From contig MU058836.1 in the NCBI GenBank assembly GCA_013265495.1, forward strand, positions 434,001 through 498,000: DNA of 64,000 nucleotides, read 5' to 3'. The stretch comes from Vicugna vicugna. Taxonomy: Eukaryota. The stretch's first letter is position 1. Every line of letters begins with the position of its first letter. Position numbers and translations under genes: made by a program. Shown one piece after another: positions 35,111 through 49,970 of this stretch. The notes beneath the pieces are model-generated. The model saw only the letters and a list, made by a program, of their open reading frames with translations, did no database searches and had not been told where the DNA came from.

Positions 35111-36264
35111 AAGAGAAACAAAGGGGCTTCTCCCTGATTATAGGACCTCGTGAGTTGCAAGTCCAGAAATCTTTGTCTTAGGTCAGACTTGCCTGGATTC
35201 CCCCCAAAATAGAAAATGAGAACATGACGCTTCAGGCAAAGTAAGGCTCGTGAGAGACCCTTTCAGTGAACTGAGGGAAATGGGACACTAAATCTCAAAA
35301 AGAGAAGGTGGCCCTTTTTTATTTTGCTGTGTTTTTGTCATTTGGAAGACAAACTTTTTGTTTTGGTTTGGTTTTTCCCCCCCGATCATATTTCAAGGTT
35401 TTGTTTTCACTCATCAGAATGACAGGAAGTTTTCAGTGTGTGTTTCCTTCAAGTTTGGCCTCAGACTTATTTTCAGGATTAGGCGTTTGTTTTTCCGTTC
35501 ACCTCCATGACAACCGAGCCCAGAATTCCTGTATATAGTCATCCAGCCTCCATTGTCCAGGGGCCATTGTATCATAATCGTGTGCATCCAGGCCAGGGAA
35601 CTCTGCTGATGAGAGAAGACGAGGAGGCGCTGGAGTCCTTGGCCTTCAGATTTTCAAGGCAGAATCAAAAGAAGGAAATAAAAGAACGTGGCTGCCTCTT
35701 GAGATTTATGTTCCCCTTCAGACACTGACCAGAAGGACTTGAAATGCCTTGTGCCCTAATGCTTAGTTTCTAATACAGTTTTCCTTTGGCCTGACCCCAG
35801 TGTTCCAGCTAAAGAACCTTTTTGAGGTTTGCCAAAGAAATACTTGGAAAGTCGCGTAGGTGATTTGCAGTCGGTGGTGGTCTTCTGGCTGCCAAATTCT
35901 GCTCCCTGTTAACAACACAGAGTGAACAGCAGGTATCTTGGGAAAGAGAGGGAGTTCAACTGAGTTTCAAAGGAATTCAGATAGAACCTAAGACGTCTTT
36001 AAAATGAAGGAAGCCTCTTGAATCTGTGAATCATCTTGACTCTCTGGTCAGTCATCTTGGCTCTGTGGTACATCCAGTCTTTGTAACTTAAAACGATAGA
36101 TAGGTAGGTAGACGGATGGACAGACAAGCAAACGTACAGGATTGAATTTAAGAAAGTTGTTCATAAATTCAGGCCAGCAGACTTTTTTTTTAAGTACCTG
36201 TATGAAGGGACCGTGAGTATCTGGCTATAAAAGCACGTAAGATGCTGTTCCCATCAATCTAAAA

Positions 36265-36378
36265 AGTAAGCCCCACAAGGGCGAGCATCCTTGCTGGTGT
36301 TTCTCCACCAACATATCCCAAGTGCTCAGAAGTGCTTGGCACATAGAATCCTTTCAATAAATCTTTTCTGAATTAATA
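36265..36378 (+). mobile_element. L2 3' end
   Basis: taagccccacaagggc...cttggcacatag...tcaataaat. Confidence 0.65.
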
Positions 36379-38759
36379 TAAAGTGGGGGGTCAACATATA
36401 CATAGATATACTGGAAACTCTTATTTGATATAATCGCGACCTCATTTCTTAGTTCTATATATTTGAATTTTTTTTTTACTGCAGGGAATCCTTTTTTAGG
36501 TGCCTTAAGCACTTTATTTTCACTAAAAATGCATTCGTTCACCAGTATTGTGCTGTAGGCTCGAGCTTCTGGATTTGGGTCTGCGGTCCTTTGATTGGAG
36601 TCCCTCATTTTCTCTCTTGTACAAACCACAATCACCCATAATGTACCACATGCTACTTCCACTTCCAGCTTCTTTTAAGTGAGGTAATAATTTAGACATT
36701 TGTGGAACAGTCTTAGAGCAAAGTCCTAGGTTTTTATGTCCCCTTCCATCTTTTATAGTTGGTCCTGCCAAAATGTAATTTGACAATAATTTTTTTTAAG
36801 TAACTTAACTTTATCAGATCTTTACAAAGCATTTAATGCAGCTTCATAAAAATGGCAAATTTTATACCATCTTTTACCATTTTAGGTAATAGTAATTAAA
36901 CTGAATAAGCTGAGTAACAAGTATAAATAGAATGGGTACAAAGAAGTTTGAGAGCAAATACAGCTGGTTCTTCTTAGCATTAACTCCACTGCTGGAAACA
37001 GAAATGGGTGGGCTAGAGTGCTCCACACCTCCAGTCCAGACTTTGTTGCCATGGGGTGTTTTAAGGTCAGAGGCATTGATCTGGCCAAATTTGTTGGTGG
37101 AGGTTGCTTAAGAGAACTTGAAAGTGTCAGGTGTAATAAGATCAGGATGATAATCATGATGTGTGTGTGTGTGTTGGCAAAGCACAGAGGAGAGCAGGGT
37201 TCTGTCTGGTTTGTTGGGGGAAATCTTCAGAGAGTAGGTGACATTTCTGCTGGGTTTTGAAGGATGGGTAGGAGTTCACCAGGCAAGAAGAAGAGGAAGA
37301 GCACTAGGGTAGCCCTTGATCAAGGATTCCCAAAGATGAAATATGTAGAATGTGCAAGGATTCGGGAATTGGCTAAAGGGGAGACTGGAAATACAGGCTG
37401 AGACCAGACTGTAAAGCTTATGTACCAAACTAAGGAATAGACTTTATCCTGGAGCACTGGGGCACAATCATATCATAATGGTGTAAGTTATATATGTTAT
37501 ACGCCGATGACAAGTATGCTGTCCAAACTAGAGTACATCTTGGAGGAAGGAAGACCAACTTGGAGGCTGGAAGACCAACTCGGAGGCTGTTAAGAGTTGT
37601 CTGTATGGGATACGGGGGCCCGGGTGAACAATGGGAAAGGGAGGCGGGGACCTGGAGAGGAGGTTGATTGGAGGTGAGTCATGATGTGTCTCTGGGACGT
37701 GGTGCCTGGTGAAATGTGCTGCCACAGGAAACGCCTGACAGACTGACAGAGGAATCTCACAGCCTGAGCTTGAACGAAGCGGTGAGCCGTTCCCCAGCAT
37801 CGGGAACACCAAAGGAGACGTGCGGGCAGAGATGGGGTCCATTTGCTGCATGTTGTGTTTGAGTCCATCAGACATAAAGTTTTTCAGCTTTAGAGGAAGA
37901 CTCAGATCCTGTCTAAGCTCAGTGATAAGCAGGAGGATTCTCTGTCTCATCCCACAGATCCTTGGGTCACTATCACCTACGTGGAAATACTTGGACTATT
38001 TTTGCCCTTTGCCTGAGTTTATTAGCCATTGTAGGAGAGAAGTCAATGTCATTCCAAAAGCTTCCTGCCTTTTAACGAAAGTACGTCTTTAGCCACTCTC
38101 TTGTCATTGTTGGTGTACTTTTCTCAAATTTTCTAGAAATAATGGGGTATATTTCCAGCATATTTGGGTTCTAGCCTTCAGCCCCCATACTTTGGATATT
38201 TTCAATATTTGTTGTTAAATTATCTACAGGTAATATTCTATTTCTGATTTCTTACACTACTCACCTTTAGTTGCTAAATCCCCCGCTTTTCTGGGGAAAA
38301 TGACAATCTATGCATTATTGTGAACTTTCTGTGCTATTTTGGAACTGGAAGATTTCAAGTCCTTCCTTATGCAATCTACCACACCCTCTGATGTACATAT
38401 TTTTCTGCTCAGGCTCATCCCCTGATCCTCATTTCTTTTTCCTGTAGGAATTAAGTCACTTTGCTTTTTCATTGTGATAAGAATGCAGTGTTTAATTTCT
38501 ATTTATGGCGTAAGGTGGCGGGTGGTGAACTGAACATTTAGGCATCTTCGTGTCTGGTGTTGATCTCATTAGTTAACACACAGGCTCATGCTGATTACGT
38601 TTATTAATGGAACTCAAGGTTCTCTGGACATCCTCCATCCACTCTCTCACTTCCACATTGTCAGTCACCAAGTACTGCTGGCTTTGTCTTCTCCACTAGG
38701 TCTTTAGAGATAGGCGCCTCTTTAAGACTTTTTTTTTTTTTGCAGTGTATCACAATCAG

Positions 38760-38920
38760 TTTTTTTTAATTTTCTATTTCTAAAAAAAATTTTTCTTTTT
38801 TTTGTGGTGGGGGGATTAGATTTATTTACTTATTTATTTTTTTAATGGCGGTACTGGAGATTGAACCCAGGGCCTTGTGCATGCTAAGCCAGCACTCTAC
38901 CACTGGGCTATACCCTCCCC
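38760..38920 (-). mobile_element. Vic-1-like tRNA-Ala SINE
   Basis: gtactggagattgaacccagggcc...gctataccctcccc head; T-rich tail on the left. Confidence 0.9.
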
Positions 38921-41900
38921 ACCCCACCACTGTCAGTTATTTCCGTGTAGGTCTGACACAGTTGCCGTAGGGCAGGGCCCATGCCCTCCTATCCCAGGAC
39001 AGGGTCTCCCATTGACTTAAATGCTCAACAAATGTTTGCTGAATGAATGGAGGTAATTTAACCATTTTGCCCCCCTGGCCACCTGCCTAAAATCCTTTTG
39101 TCTTTTCTTTTCTCCTGGTACTTATTCACCCTGACCACAGAGCCTCTCCCCCAAGTCTGCAGGAAAATCTAGCTGAGATACCATTCAGTGGGGTTGCTGG
39201 CACCAAGGGACTTTTCACCTTCACTCTCACCCTCTCTGCAGATGGAGCGGCAGAAAACTGAGACTTGATCCTCCTGGATAGCTCCCTCTTTGGGTCACTC
39301 AGTGCAGAAGGGGGGTGCCCTCCGCAGCCCCCCCAGTTTCCTGCCCAGTTGCTTCTTACTCTTCCGCGTGTCTTCCCTAATCTTGCAGTAGTTAAACTCT
39401 CCTGTTACTATTCATTTGTTCTCTTCGCCTCTTTTACTCCTTTGGTCCGCGGAGCATGTTTGTTCAGTGTGGAGCAGACCTGTGTTTTCGTAACCGCCGG
39501 CTACTCTGCTGTCTCCCCTGTGAGATCTGCGCACCCAGAAGGCACCCCTCATGCTGGCTTTGACTCCGAGTCCCTGGAGCCCGCACGCGGCCTGGCACTA
39601 GGAGGTGCTGACCAAGTGTGCGTAGAAGGAGAACGTTCAGGAGGGCTTCATGCCGTCGTGTATCATTGTTCTCCCAGAGTTCACTTACCTGTCGTTTGCT
39701 GTAAAATCAGATTTCCTGCGATTGTTTCTGGGCTGGCTAATTTCTGGAGAAAAAAGAAAAAAAAAAAAACAACAACCTGTGAACTGATGCTTACCTGGCT
39801 TTGGCTGGTAATTTCCTATTTCTCCAGGAACAGGACTGAATGAGAGGGGTAGGAGGGCTCCTCTGGAACTCAGCCCTCTCCCTGGGTGGAAGCCCTGAAC
39901 TGTCCAAGAGCCACCCAAATGCACCCATCTCCCGTCTGCGTTCGTGTAGCCTTCCTGTCCCCTGTGACGAACCTTAGCGCCTTGTTATTTGCAAGTAACT
40001 GATCAAGCGTCTAACTAAAGCCATGTGGGCGGCACATAGCCCGTTCTCCGTATTTGTAGCGCTTACCTGTGCGACACATTTGTGGAATCGTCCCCTGTGT
40101 GGTCCCCTTTTTGTTGTTTTTGTTTTTATAAAGCATTTTGAAATTGTGGATATTCTTTTTCTTTCCCAGGAATCTTTGCTGATGATTTTTTTCCCCATTC
40201 GATCTGAAATGATTATTTTAGTGTGTTCTTCTGTATCCAGTGTAATGGTATTTTCTCTCTGTTATCATTTCTATCAGTTCTGCTCTTACGTTCTCAACTA
40301 TTTCAGCCTTTCTGCCACCTTCGCTCTCTCCTCTCTGCTGTGAGTTTATTGCCGATGGAACACTCAGATGTCCTTTCTTGTTCTTCTGGCTTGCATCACG
40401 GGACCCCAGAGGTCAACCCATTGAGTACAGATGCCTAAAAGACGAGACTCAAATTTTAGAGTCAGACAGATCTCTGTGCAGAGCCCACCTCTGCCTCCTG
40501 GCCCACCATTCTCAGCCTCAGCTACCCCGTTGGCAAAATTTGGATGAGCACCGACACCGTACACTGCAGTCGTGAGAATTGATTGCTGCCTGTTCAGCAA
40601 CTTCCAAACCCATGCATAGAAGTGCTGTGACCATCCGTGCTGAAGTTCTAGGGTGATCCTGCTTTTACAAAATCATTCTTCTATTACACACAATTTACAA
40701 ACATAGTGATGTATAACTTTATTTCATGGCTGCAGTTATAAATCATCGTTTAATTTCCAAAACTTTGCACAGATACAAAGTCCCAAGTCAGAGAATGACA
40801 CTCTTTTCTTAGAATACACATCTCGGGGGTGGGTTAGGAATGGATGGACCAACACCCTCTTTGCTACTGGTTCCATCGTAGGTCCTCTTGGCCACACACG
40901 TGGTAAGGATGTAACTTGTGTGACCCACCGTCTGGCACCGGGTTTCCCTCTGGAGTCACACTCCTGTGTTTCAGCTGCCGTACATCCCCGTGGCCACAAG
41001 TCGCGCTCTCCAAGCACAGAAGGGTTTGACTTTCCTTAAGCTTGGAATGAAAGAAAATAGTCTTAATGATGATTTTTAACTTATGTGACATGTCCTTCAC
41101 CGCTGACAATCTGTTTGTCTTTCTAACCTGGGCACCAAACCTCCCTCTTCTGCTCGTCTGGCTATGCCTCGTGAACAAACTGGGATTTTATGTAGCTCAG
41201 CAAGTGGGCTTTTTTTGGATCGGTGGAATCATACACACTCACGTCTTTGTCACTTCAGTGCCCGAGGTGCTAAAATTGTGCATTATTCACAAACTCCACG
41301 TGAGAGAGAGGAAGAGTGTGTCTTGGCATCAGAGAGGAAAAGAACACTCAGAAGACCCAAAAAGTCGTAACGTGGGCATTATTAGAGATGGATCCTGAGC
41401 AATGGGCTTGGCTTATTTTTGTAAGTAGATCTGTCCATCTGATTTGACCCAGGAGAAAAAGGAATTTTGTGACCCAGATTCATACAGCTGTTCTTTGCAC
41501 ACTGCCGTTTCGAGAAGGGCGGTGGGCTTTCCTTTTTTCGGATGTTTTCCCCACGACGTTTTGCATTTTTATTCCTTCTAGTTTCAGATCACATAGACAC
41601 ACTGGCGTTAGAACTTAGACTTTGTGTTTTTGCGATGGATGGACTAATACATCAGAGACCCTAGAAACAAGAAAAATGTGTTAAGTCAAAGGAGACTCCC
41701 GTCCCTTGGGGGAGCCGTGCGTGTGTGAGATCGGGGGTGGCGGAAGGTAGGGGGACATGTCCCTGGCTTATCATCTATCTGATTGGGAGCCACTTTGCAA
41801 TTTTGTCATAAGGGATTGAAGCTGTCAGGTGCCTTGCGTCTGAGGTGACGACCAGCATCTGTGTCAACCTTTGCGACTCACTGAGACGAGTGTGGGTCCT

Positions 41901-43798
41901 GGAGGGAGCTGTGGCTGCTTAGTGAGAAATGGTTGGTTCCTTTGTTTTGGTCTCGGGGTAGGCTTGTGGACCTGACTTTGGCCTCCTTGGTCACAGGATT
42001 TCTGTCCTGCAGAGCTAAGGGCAAACCAGGACCAGCAGTGCCGAGAGGCCAGGGCTGGTCGGGGTACCGGCGTGGCCCTGCCAACCCAGTGGCTCAAGTC
42101 CCTGTTAACAAGCCAGGCGGGCAGAGCACGCTCTGTGCTTCATTGTGTGTGTGGTTTTAAGCAGAAACTAGTCTTGAGAGCTTACGTAGAAAACATCTCG
42201 AACAATCCATGAAATGGTAAACAAACCTGCTATTGAAGGAGGGAATGAGAAGTTGACAGTCGTGTTATTGTGATCCTGAGTGGGTTCATCGGCGAGGGTC
42301 GCGGAGTAAAGAAAACGGAGATAGAGAGACTCGGGTGAAATGAACTCAGTTGTGTCATTCCTTTCTTCCTTTGTCTTCAGTTTACACCTGGTCATGCACC
42401 CATGGAGGCTCGGAGACATTGTTCAAGTTTTCCTTTTGTTTTATTTGTGTGTGTACGGCAGGTTTGTTTACAATTTCCAAAGGGGTTTTTTCCTCAATCC
42501 TGAGGAATACGAATTGAGGAGGGGGAGGAGGGAGACAAGAAGGGAAGGGATTTCAGTATTTTGAAGACAGGAGGTGGCCCCACAAGAAAGGAGGCTGCTC
42601 TGTTTCTGTTTTGCTTTTCAAAGAGGCCGACGGGATGGATGGTACTAGTTTCATCAAATGTGGGTTTTACAGAGCTCCTCCGTGTCCTGCCTGGGGGAAT
42701 CATGCTTCGGAAAATTAAGTGTCCGTCAAATCAGGAGGAGGCTGGTACCGTTTCTGTCCCGTTTTCCCCCCTGCTTTTTGAAAGGCTTAAGAAAAGAGCC
42801 CTTTGTTTTCATTTCAAGGAAAGTTACACTGAAATTCATCTGTGTGGGATTCACAGACTCCATTTGTGTCATTCATGGGCAGCCGTAGGTTTCACAGGAC
42901 GAATTCCTAACCTGGACGTTCAGAGCAGCGTGTTGGGAAGAGGTTCAAGATCTTTCTTTTACTTTCTCTTGTCTTTAAAAACATTTTTTAAGAATTATTA
43001 TTAAAAGAAGAAACAGATTTTTCCACCCTCCCTGTCTACATCTGATTTCTCCACCACATGCCACTGGAGCTTCTCAGCCTTAAGATTTGTGCCTGTCCCT
43101 TCCGAGCTTTTCCTCCAAATTGCAAACTTTCAAAATACCTTTCAGGGAAACTTGTTTGGAATTTCATTTTCGTGGGATTTATGAATAAATCTCCATCTTA
43201 ATGCTGACTAAGCTTTAAACAGCCATTCCTGGAGCACACTCTTGGATTTTTATATTTTAAAATTTAAATCGCTTGACAGTGAAGGCATAAAACATTTTTA
43301 TATTTGTGAGTGCCATGTGCTTGAGCATTTCTGTTAAAGACTTTTTTTTTTTTTTTGGTTGGCTTGAATAATTCTGGGCTGCCAAGGAGGAGATACTATT
43401 CCATCTTCTACTTCCTCTCTCGTGGAGACGCCTGTGTACATTATGCGGGTTTATTTATCTCACCTACAGGGACGGGTGTTCTGTGGCAGCCTGTTGCCCC
43501 GCTGCAGTTTCCTTTAAAAAACAGTTTACTTTCTTCCTTCACTTTGAAACCTTTAACCTCAGAATTTTATTTTTAAATGCTGTGAGCCCTCAAAGTCAGA
43601 TTAAAAGATGTGACACTTCCTCCCTACCTGCCTTTCCCCAGAGATGTGCCGTAGAATGTGAATGAAGATGAAAGCTGGGATCAGAGTCGACCCCTTTAAA
43701 AAAAAAACACAACTCAAAACTAATGTCAGGGGCTCTCAGGCGTCAAACCTCCACCGTGTTCTCCGTGTCTGGTGTCATTTTCCCTGCTCTGTCCACAG

Positions 43799-44066
43799 AC
43801 TCATCCTACTCCGAGCCTCCAGATGTTCAGCAGCAGTTGAACCACTATCAGTCCGCTGCCCTGGCGAGAAACAACAGCCGTGTTAGCCCCGTGCCTCTTT
43901 CTGGGGCTTCAGGGGGCGCTGAGCAGAAAACCGAAGCTGTTCTTCACTGCGAATTCTGTGAATTCTCCTCTGGCTACATCCAGAGCATCCGGCGCCATTA
44001 CAGGGACAAGCATGGTGGGAAGAAGCTCTTCAAGTGCAAAGACTGCTCCTTTTACACAGGCTTTAA
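43799..44066 (+). CDS. ZNF462: ZNF462 exon 8 (268 nt, DSSYSEPP...YTGFK)
   Basis: Acceptor gtccacag|AC; donor TAA|GTAAGT; encodes LHCEFC...HYRDKH and the first half of the FKCKDC finger. Confidence 0.95.
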
Positions 44067-44724
44067 GTAAGTGGCGTGAAGAACAAACAGCCTTGAGAAA
44101 CAAGGTGGCTGCTCCTGCTCCGCCCCTCACCACACCCTTCCCTTACACTCTCCTATCCGGAGCTCAAGGGAGGCCCTGCCCATGGGATGATGCAGTCATA
44201 GGGTCCAGTCTTCATCAGCAGAAGCTAGTTTCAGAAAACGGCTTTTGGGGTTTGTGGAAGGGAAGGAGAGCTGTATCAGAACAAATGAGTTTGAAAATCA
44301 GAGCAAATGGGCACCAGAGGAGTATGAGATCACAGCAGAGGGTTTCCCTGACCCAGTGCATGAAGCAGTGAGTGTTTTCCCTTTAGAGAACTATCCCTCC
44401 CTCGCCCCAGCCCCTGCCTTTTACTTTGTCTTTGAAAAAATACCTTCTCGAAAACAAAGTCAAAGTCAAGAGAGAACACCCAGCAGTAGTGATGCCCCTG
44501 CTACCCTTGTAGAGAATTCTTATTTCTTAAGCCCATACTATTGAAAGACCCAAAGAACCAAGACTTCACACCGGGAGGACTAAACTTGAACACTCATAGA
44601 GACGTTGTCCCCCATCTAGAAAGAGATCTGAAGCCACCCTTTCTCCTGTGTGTGACAAAGAATGGAGGGCTTCCTGACTTTTAATCTAAACTCCTGTGAT
44701 TTAATCTCATCCTGTGAGATACCA

Positions 44725-44980
44725 TTTAGGCTCGTGGTTATGAGTGTTGAATGTGGAGCCTGACTGCCTGGGTTTGAATCCCAACTTTGCCACTTCCTTG
44801 CTGTGTGACTTTGGACAAGTTACTAAGCCTCTCTGTGTCTCTGGTTCCTTATCTGTAAAATAAAGATGATAATATCTATCTTATAGGGCTCTTGTGAGGA
44901 GAAAATGAACCGTAAGTGAAGCCATAAAATGCTTAGCATAGTGCTGGGCACAAAGGGAACACTAATAAATGTTACTGTAT
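44725..44980 (+). mobile_element. near full-length MIR
   Basis: gactgcctgggtttgaatccc...tgtgactttggacaagttact...tctgtaaaat...tgcttagcatagtgctgggcaca. Confidence 0.9.
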
Positions 44981-45944
44981 CATAGATAGAAAGCTATTGT
45001 AATACTATAAGATTAGGTGCTGTATTCCAGATACAAAACTGTTTTCATTTGCTCCTGTTGCAGTTGGCCTGAGCCTTGGTCACTGCGGTGCTGCATACAG
45101 ATTCCACACAGAGAGGCTGGCAAGAGTAGGCTGCGTGCCCAAAAGAAAACGTGAATTGATAGAAAAACAAGTCTCTTTTCCACCAACGTCTTAGTTGCTG
45201 GGATTTGATGGAAACTGTGTTAGATCTCCGACTGTTCACGTGCTTCAGCTGTTTTTCAGATAAATATGTACGTGACCTTAGAACTGGGAGGCGTCTAGAA
45301 GGACCCAGATAACAAGGGCCCGCCGACAGGTGTACGTGTTTCCCCAGAGAGAAGCACGTGGGTTATTAAAATGGGGACCTTGCCCGTTCATCTCTTGGTT
45401 TCATTCATTTTTATGAGACAATCTGAGGCTTTGCAAATTTGGAAGTTCTGAGGAGGATGGAGGGGGAGGCAGTGGTACCCTCTGCCTTCGAGGTACAGCG
45501 GTGTTTACGTGACTGGCAGCCGACCTGCCCTCCCCCGTACCCGGGAAGAGTCACGGGGGCAGTTGGTGGGGCGTCCCGGCTTGTTTAAAAGAGCCCCTCT
45601 CCTTCCGAGTGCGATGAGAAATATTCTCGTAGGGGTTTCGTTTTCTGTTTTTGATAGGCAACTTCTGGTTTTCAAGAATAAAGTGGAGGAATCTATCTCT
45701 TCCTTTTCAAACTTGGCCCTGAACCCAGACAAGTAGCAAACTTTCCAAAAAGAGGTTCCCGCTGTGTCACAGTGCTCAGTTACTGCCCGAGTGGCCGAGG
45801 AACTCGGGGTCAGCAAACACGATGAACGGCCGTGGTTTTGGTCCCTCGGACTGGGGCGTCCCTGCAGTAGGGTTGCCGGCCGCGGGGGTGTGAGTGAGAT
45901 GATGTTTGTCACGCTCATTGCCTCTCTCCCCACCTCTCTCCCAG

Positions 45945-46081
45945 ATCTGCTTTCACTATGCACGTGGAAGCCGGGCATTCAGCGGTCCCCGAGGAGGGCC
46001 CCAAAGATCTTCGCTGTCCTCTCTGCCTCTATCACACCAAATACAAACGCAACATGATCGACCACATCGTGCTGCACCGAG
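45945..46081 (+). CDS. ZNF462: ZNF462 exon 9 (137 nt, SAFTMHVEAGH...HIVLHR)
   Basis: Acceptor ctctctcccag|A; donor GAG|GTAACC; frame continuous with exon 8. Confidence 0.95.
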
Positions 46082-48459
46082 GTAACCGTCCTAGATCGTT
46101 CTTCTTGGGGCGCAGGGGGAGGGTGGCACGGGGGGCGTCTCAGGGAGGCCGTCTCGGGGTGGCAGCCGCCCCCTTGCCCTGGGCCCTCACTCCTCACCTT
46201 CTCTCCCTGCAAGAAGTTACAGCGATCATCCCGGTGGCAGCCAGCAGGGTAAAAGCCTCTTCCCGGTGAGAGGGCGTCCTCCCCCGGAGGGAGGCAGAGG
46301 TGACGGATTCTGCAGTGAACACCTCTGCAGGGCTTCCCAGCGTGAGGCATTTTTGGGCTCTGAATCCTCTGTTCTCACGACCTTGCTGAGGAAGGAGTGA
46401 ATGAGAAACAGAGCGGGTGGGCGAAGACTCGTAAAAGGCGAAGAGCAGTGGGGTTGTCAGCTGTTCCTCGAAGCAAGACCATGATGATTTCCAAAGCAGG
46501 ATGTGGAATTTCCCTTGAAATGGATGGAGACAGAAAAATTCTCAAAACGAAAAGTGGCCTGATAAGTATTAGAAAACCCATAGGCTGTGGGCTGAAACTC
46601 TGGTTTTAAAGTCTCCTGCCTTTAACCTCTCGTCCGTAAAAAGAGATGTCGGCGATGCCTCGGAGATGGCATGTGAAGTGTCTGGTGTGTTCCGTGTGGA
46701 GGCATGCTGGGTGTTCCAAGAATGTTGCTTCCTTTGATAATCTGGGAGACGACTTCTAGGTCCTTTTTGTTTTCCTTGGAGTTGCATTTACTGCTGGCCA
46801 ATTAAAACACTGGTAAGCAGGCCTCCTCTGCATTGGAAGGAAAAACATGTTTCTGTAAAAACGCCTTTGTCCGGAAGAAATTCAAGCCAGGGGTGGATGG
46901 AAAAAGATCACTTGGGTACCCGTTGCCAGTCTCTCTTGCTGCTTCCATCTCCTGACCTTTCCATCTCTCCTTCCTCCCCTCCGTCCGTCTGTCCCTCCTC
47001 TTGCTCTTCCTGCCTGCCTTCCTTCTTTTGCCTCTAACCTGGGAAAGCCGTTTGGTATTTGCCACATGCCTCTCAAAAGCAGTGAGTGTCTTCTGCTGTC
47101 CTGCTGAGATGTCACTCATTCTGACATGCTGGATATTAGCATGGGGGCGCATCTTCAAAGTTTCCAGCATTTCCTGAGAGCCACTGCCTTTGGCCAGTGT
47201 GACATCTCACCCACATCGGCTGCAAACTGCGGGGAGACTCCACATTCAGCTCCCTTAGCCCTCCTCCTCCCCTGGCACGCCCCTGAGACGTGAGATGCTC
47301 ACGGGTCAGGATGTCCATGTGGGAGGTTTAGGCCCAAGTCTTGGCCTGAGTGGTCCCTCCTGATGTCTCGCCTCAGTCACCTGGCTTCTGGTCCCCTGGC
47401 CCAGGTGGGTGTTGGGTGCTCCGGGCCCCTCACTGCTTGGGGCGAGGCCACGAGTCGTGCAGCTGCTGAGCGCCCAGAAAAGATGAGAGCTGACTCGGGC
47501 AGTGGGTTTCCTCTCTTTCCCATGTTGCTGCCTGGTGGGATCAGAGCCTTGATGCCTGGCGAGCTCCATGACTTTCCCTCCCTGAGCCGAGAATTCAAGA
47601 AAGGGGAGGCAGAGAGGGATGAAATGCTTACTGCCTGGCACACAGCCTTGAATGTCACACCTGACACGGGGCCTCACACACGCCGTCCCGCACCTTCCAA
47701 CCACACCAGGAGGGGTGATACCCGTACCTGTGGTCCTCTTTTATGTATATGAAGTTTGAAGCTGGAAAAAAACGACTTTTGCTTTGATTCAGTGGAGTTA
47801 TTTGTGGTCATGCCACAAAGGATTTAAGACAGTCGTGCAGAACTGTGGGATTAAGAAACAAATGCAGAGATTGGGGCAAAGGCAGAATAAGGAGGAACCC
47901 GTTGAAAGTTCACTTGAAAGTTGGAGAAGGGCCCCCTGCACTTGGGGCGCTCGGTGTCTGCCGGGCACTTCTGGGCAGCTGGCCGCACACTTGACCCTGG
48001 GACCCCCGCCCCCTGTGGGAGAGACAAAAACAGGACCAATTGGATTGACAGCGTTTGCTGGACATTTGGAATTTTGTTCAGGAAATGTTCAGGAATCCGA
48101 GATGCTGGAACCCGAGGAGTTTCTCCAGTGGGTTCAGCCGAAGGGGACCGTGTATGATGTAGGGAGTGTTGTCCCGGCCATAAATATCCAGTGGTGAGTC
48201 CCGCGGGCCTGCGAGAGCTGAAAGAGTTTAACCAACGTCACCCAACCCGTGAGCAGGGAAGCTAGGAGCCAGCCCTAGTCCCGGGGTCCCGGCACTGGCC
48301 TGTCACTGGTTACTTAGTCTCTTCTGTTTATTTGTAGATTGTTTATATTAAAAGGCGCATCGGAGCATATAAATACTGTCCTTGTTGGGGTCAGAAAGTG
48401 CACAGTCTTGAATGAATGGGAGCATTTGAGGAAGGCAATGTTCACAGCAGTAACATGGT

Positions 48460-48690
48460 TACTACTGCTGACTACTTACTGGGTAGCAGGTGCTGTACTG
48501 AGTGCTTTCCAATAAGTCATTTTATGGAATTTCCCCAAAACCTTAAGTCGTGGGCATTACCGTCATCCCTGATAACAGGGGCAAAAACTGGTTCAGAAGA
48601 CTGAGCATCTTACCCAGAGCAACGTGACTAGTAAGTGACAAGCTGGGATCTGAACCCAGGCTTGCCTGCCCCCACCCCAGCCCATGCCTT
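48460..48690 (-). mobile_element. MIR SINE
   Basis: ctagtaagtgacaagctgggatctgaacccagg and upstream core. Confidence 0.75.
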
Positions 48691-49574
48691 TATACCCAGC
48701 AGGCATCACTGTCTTGCCCTTGGGAAGGTGACTGGTGTCACCCCGTGGAGCGTTCTAGTGGCTGTGGCATCTGGGTCTGAGGACAGGATGATCTGGAGGC
48801 TGGAGGTCTGGGACGAGGACCGCTGAACCGCCGACGGCAGGATGCTGCAGGACAGCCGTGTCGGCCACATGCCCCTGGCCTGGCTTTGGCGTCCATCTCC
48901 CTCAGAACGGCAGCTCGGTGGGAAGCAGGTCTCGACAAGTCAAGAGACAGGGTTGGGTGTCTGCCTTGAAGTAGGGGCTGGGCTCAAAGTAACAAGACTT
49001 GGCTCTTTCTGCACCTGGGCCCTCCTTATTCGGTGGATGAAGAAACAGCTTTGCTCTCTTGGGCCTGCAGTCCAAGATCTTTCAGAGACCTTCGTCAGTT
49101 AAAATGCTTGGAATGAAAGGCAAGAAAACCAACTTCTGAACCGGCCGTGAGACCCAGCTACTGTTTTCAAGAATAGCGTTTCCGTAGCTTTTTCTCCAGA
49201 CAAATTGACAAATTTAAATAAGGAGGAGGGGAAAGAGAATCCTTTTCACTCCCAGGAAGTCTGATTGAGAAGTGACTGTGGAGTAATGTTATCTGTGGCA
49301 GACGAGAGCACTGTTTGCCCGTGCATTCAGCAGACATCCATTATTTGCTCGTTACATGCCACGCCCAGCCGACTTCTTTGGATCAGATGGGGTATGTGAG
49401 ACCCAAGGAGATGAAGGGGTGCATAAGTATAGATAAGACCGTGAGTGGCAAGTGTCGAGGAGGTCCGCAGTGGCAGATACAGTTCTGTTTGGGGTAAGGA
49501 AAGTGGTGGAGGCGGGTGGCTTTCAGACTGAGCCACCGTAACGTTTCAACAGGCAGTGCAGACTTAAGGTGGGG

Positions 49575-49970
49575 TGTATTCATTTTCTGGGGGACTTAAC
49601 ACAACAAAGATGTGTTCTCTTACCATCTGGGAGCCTGGAAGTTTGAAATCCAGCTGTTCGCAGGGCGGTGCTCCCTCTGAAGGCATGAGGGGAGAATCCT
49701 TCCTTGGCTCTTCCCGGCTTCTGGGGGCTCCCGACTTTCCTTGGTGCCCCTTTGCCTTGTAGCTGCCTCCCCCCAGTCTCTGTGTCTGTCCACACACGGC
49801 CTTCTGTTCTGGGTGTGTGTCCATGTGCCCTCTCCCCTTACCAAGACACCAGGTTTTATGCCCACCCTAACCCAGTATGACCTCATCTTGACTAACGACA
49901 TCTGCAGAGACCCCGTGTCCCAACGAGGTCTGAGGGTCCTTCGTGGACAGACATTTCTGGGGGACACTTG
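49575..49970 (-). mobile_element. MLT1B/C-like solo LTR (ERVL-MaLR)
   Basis: gctccctctgaaggc...ggggagaatccttcctt...cccaccctaacccagtatgacctcatctt...acatctgcagagaccc. Confidence 0.88.

Noticed and set aside
14200..43700. Many 60-190 aa ORFs in intron 7 and the other introns
   Set aside because: No domain similarity, many alternative start codons, and frequent overlap with MIR/L2/L1 or low-complexity sequence.
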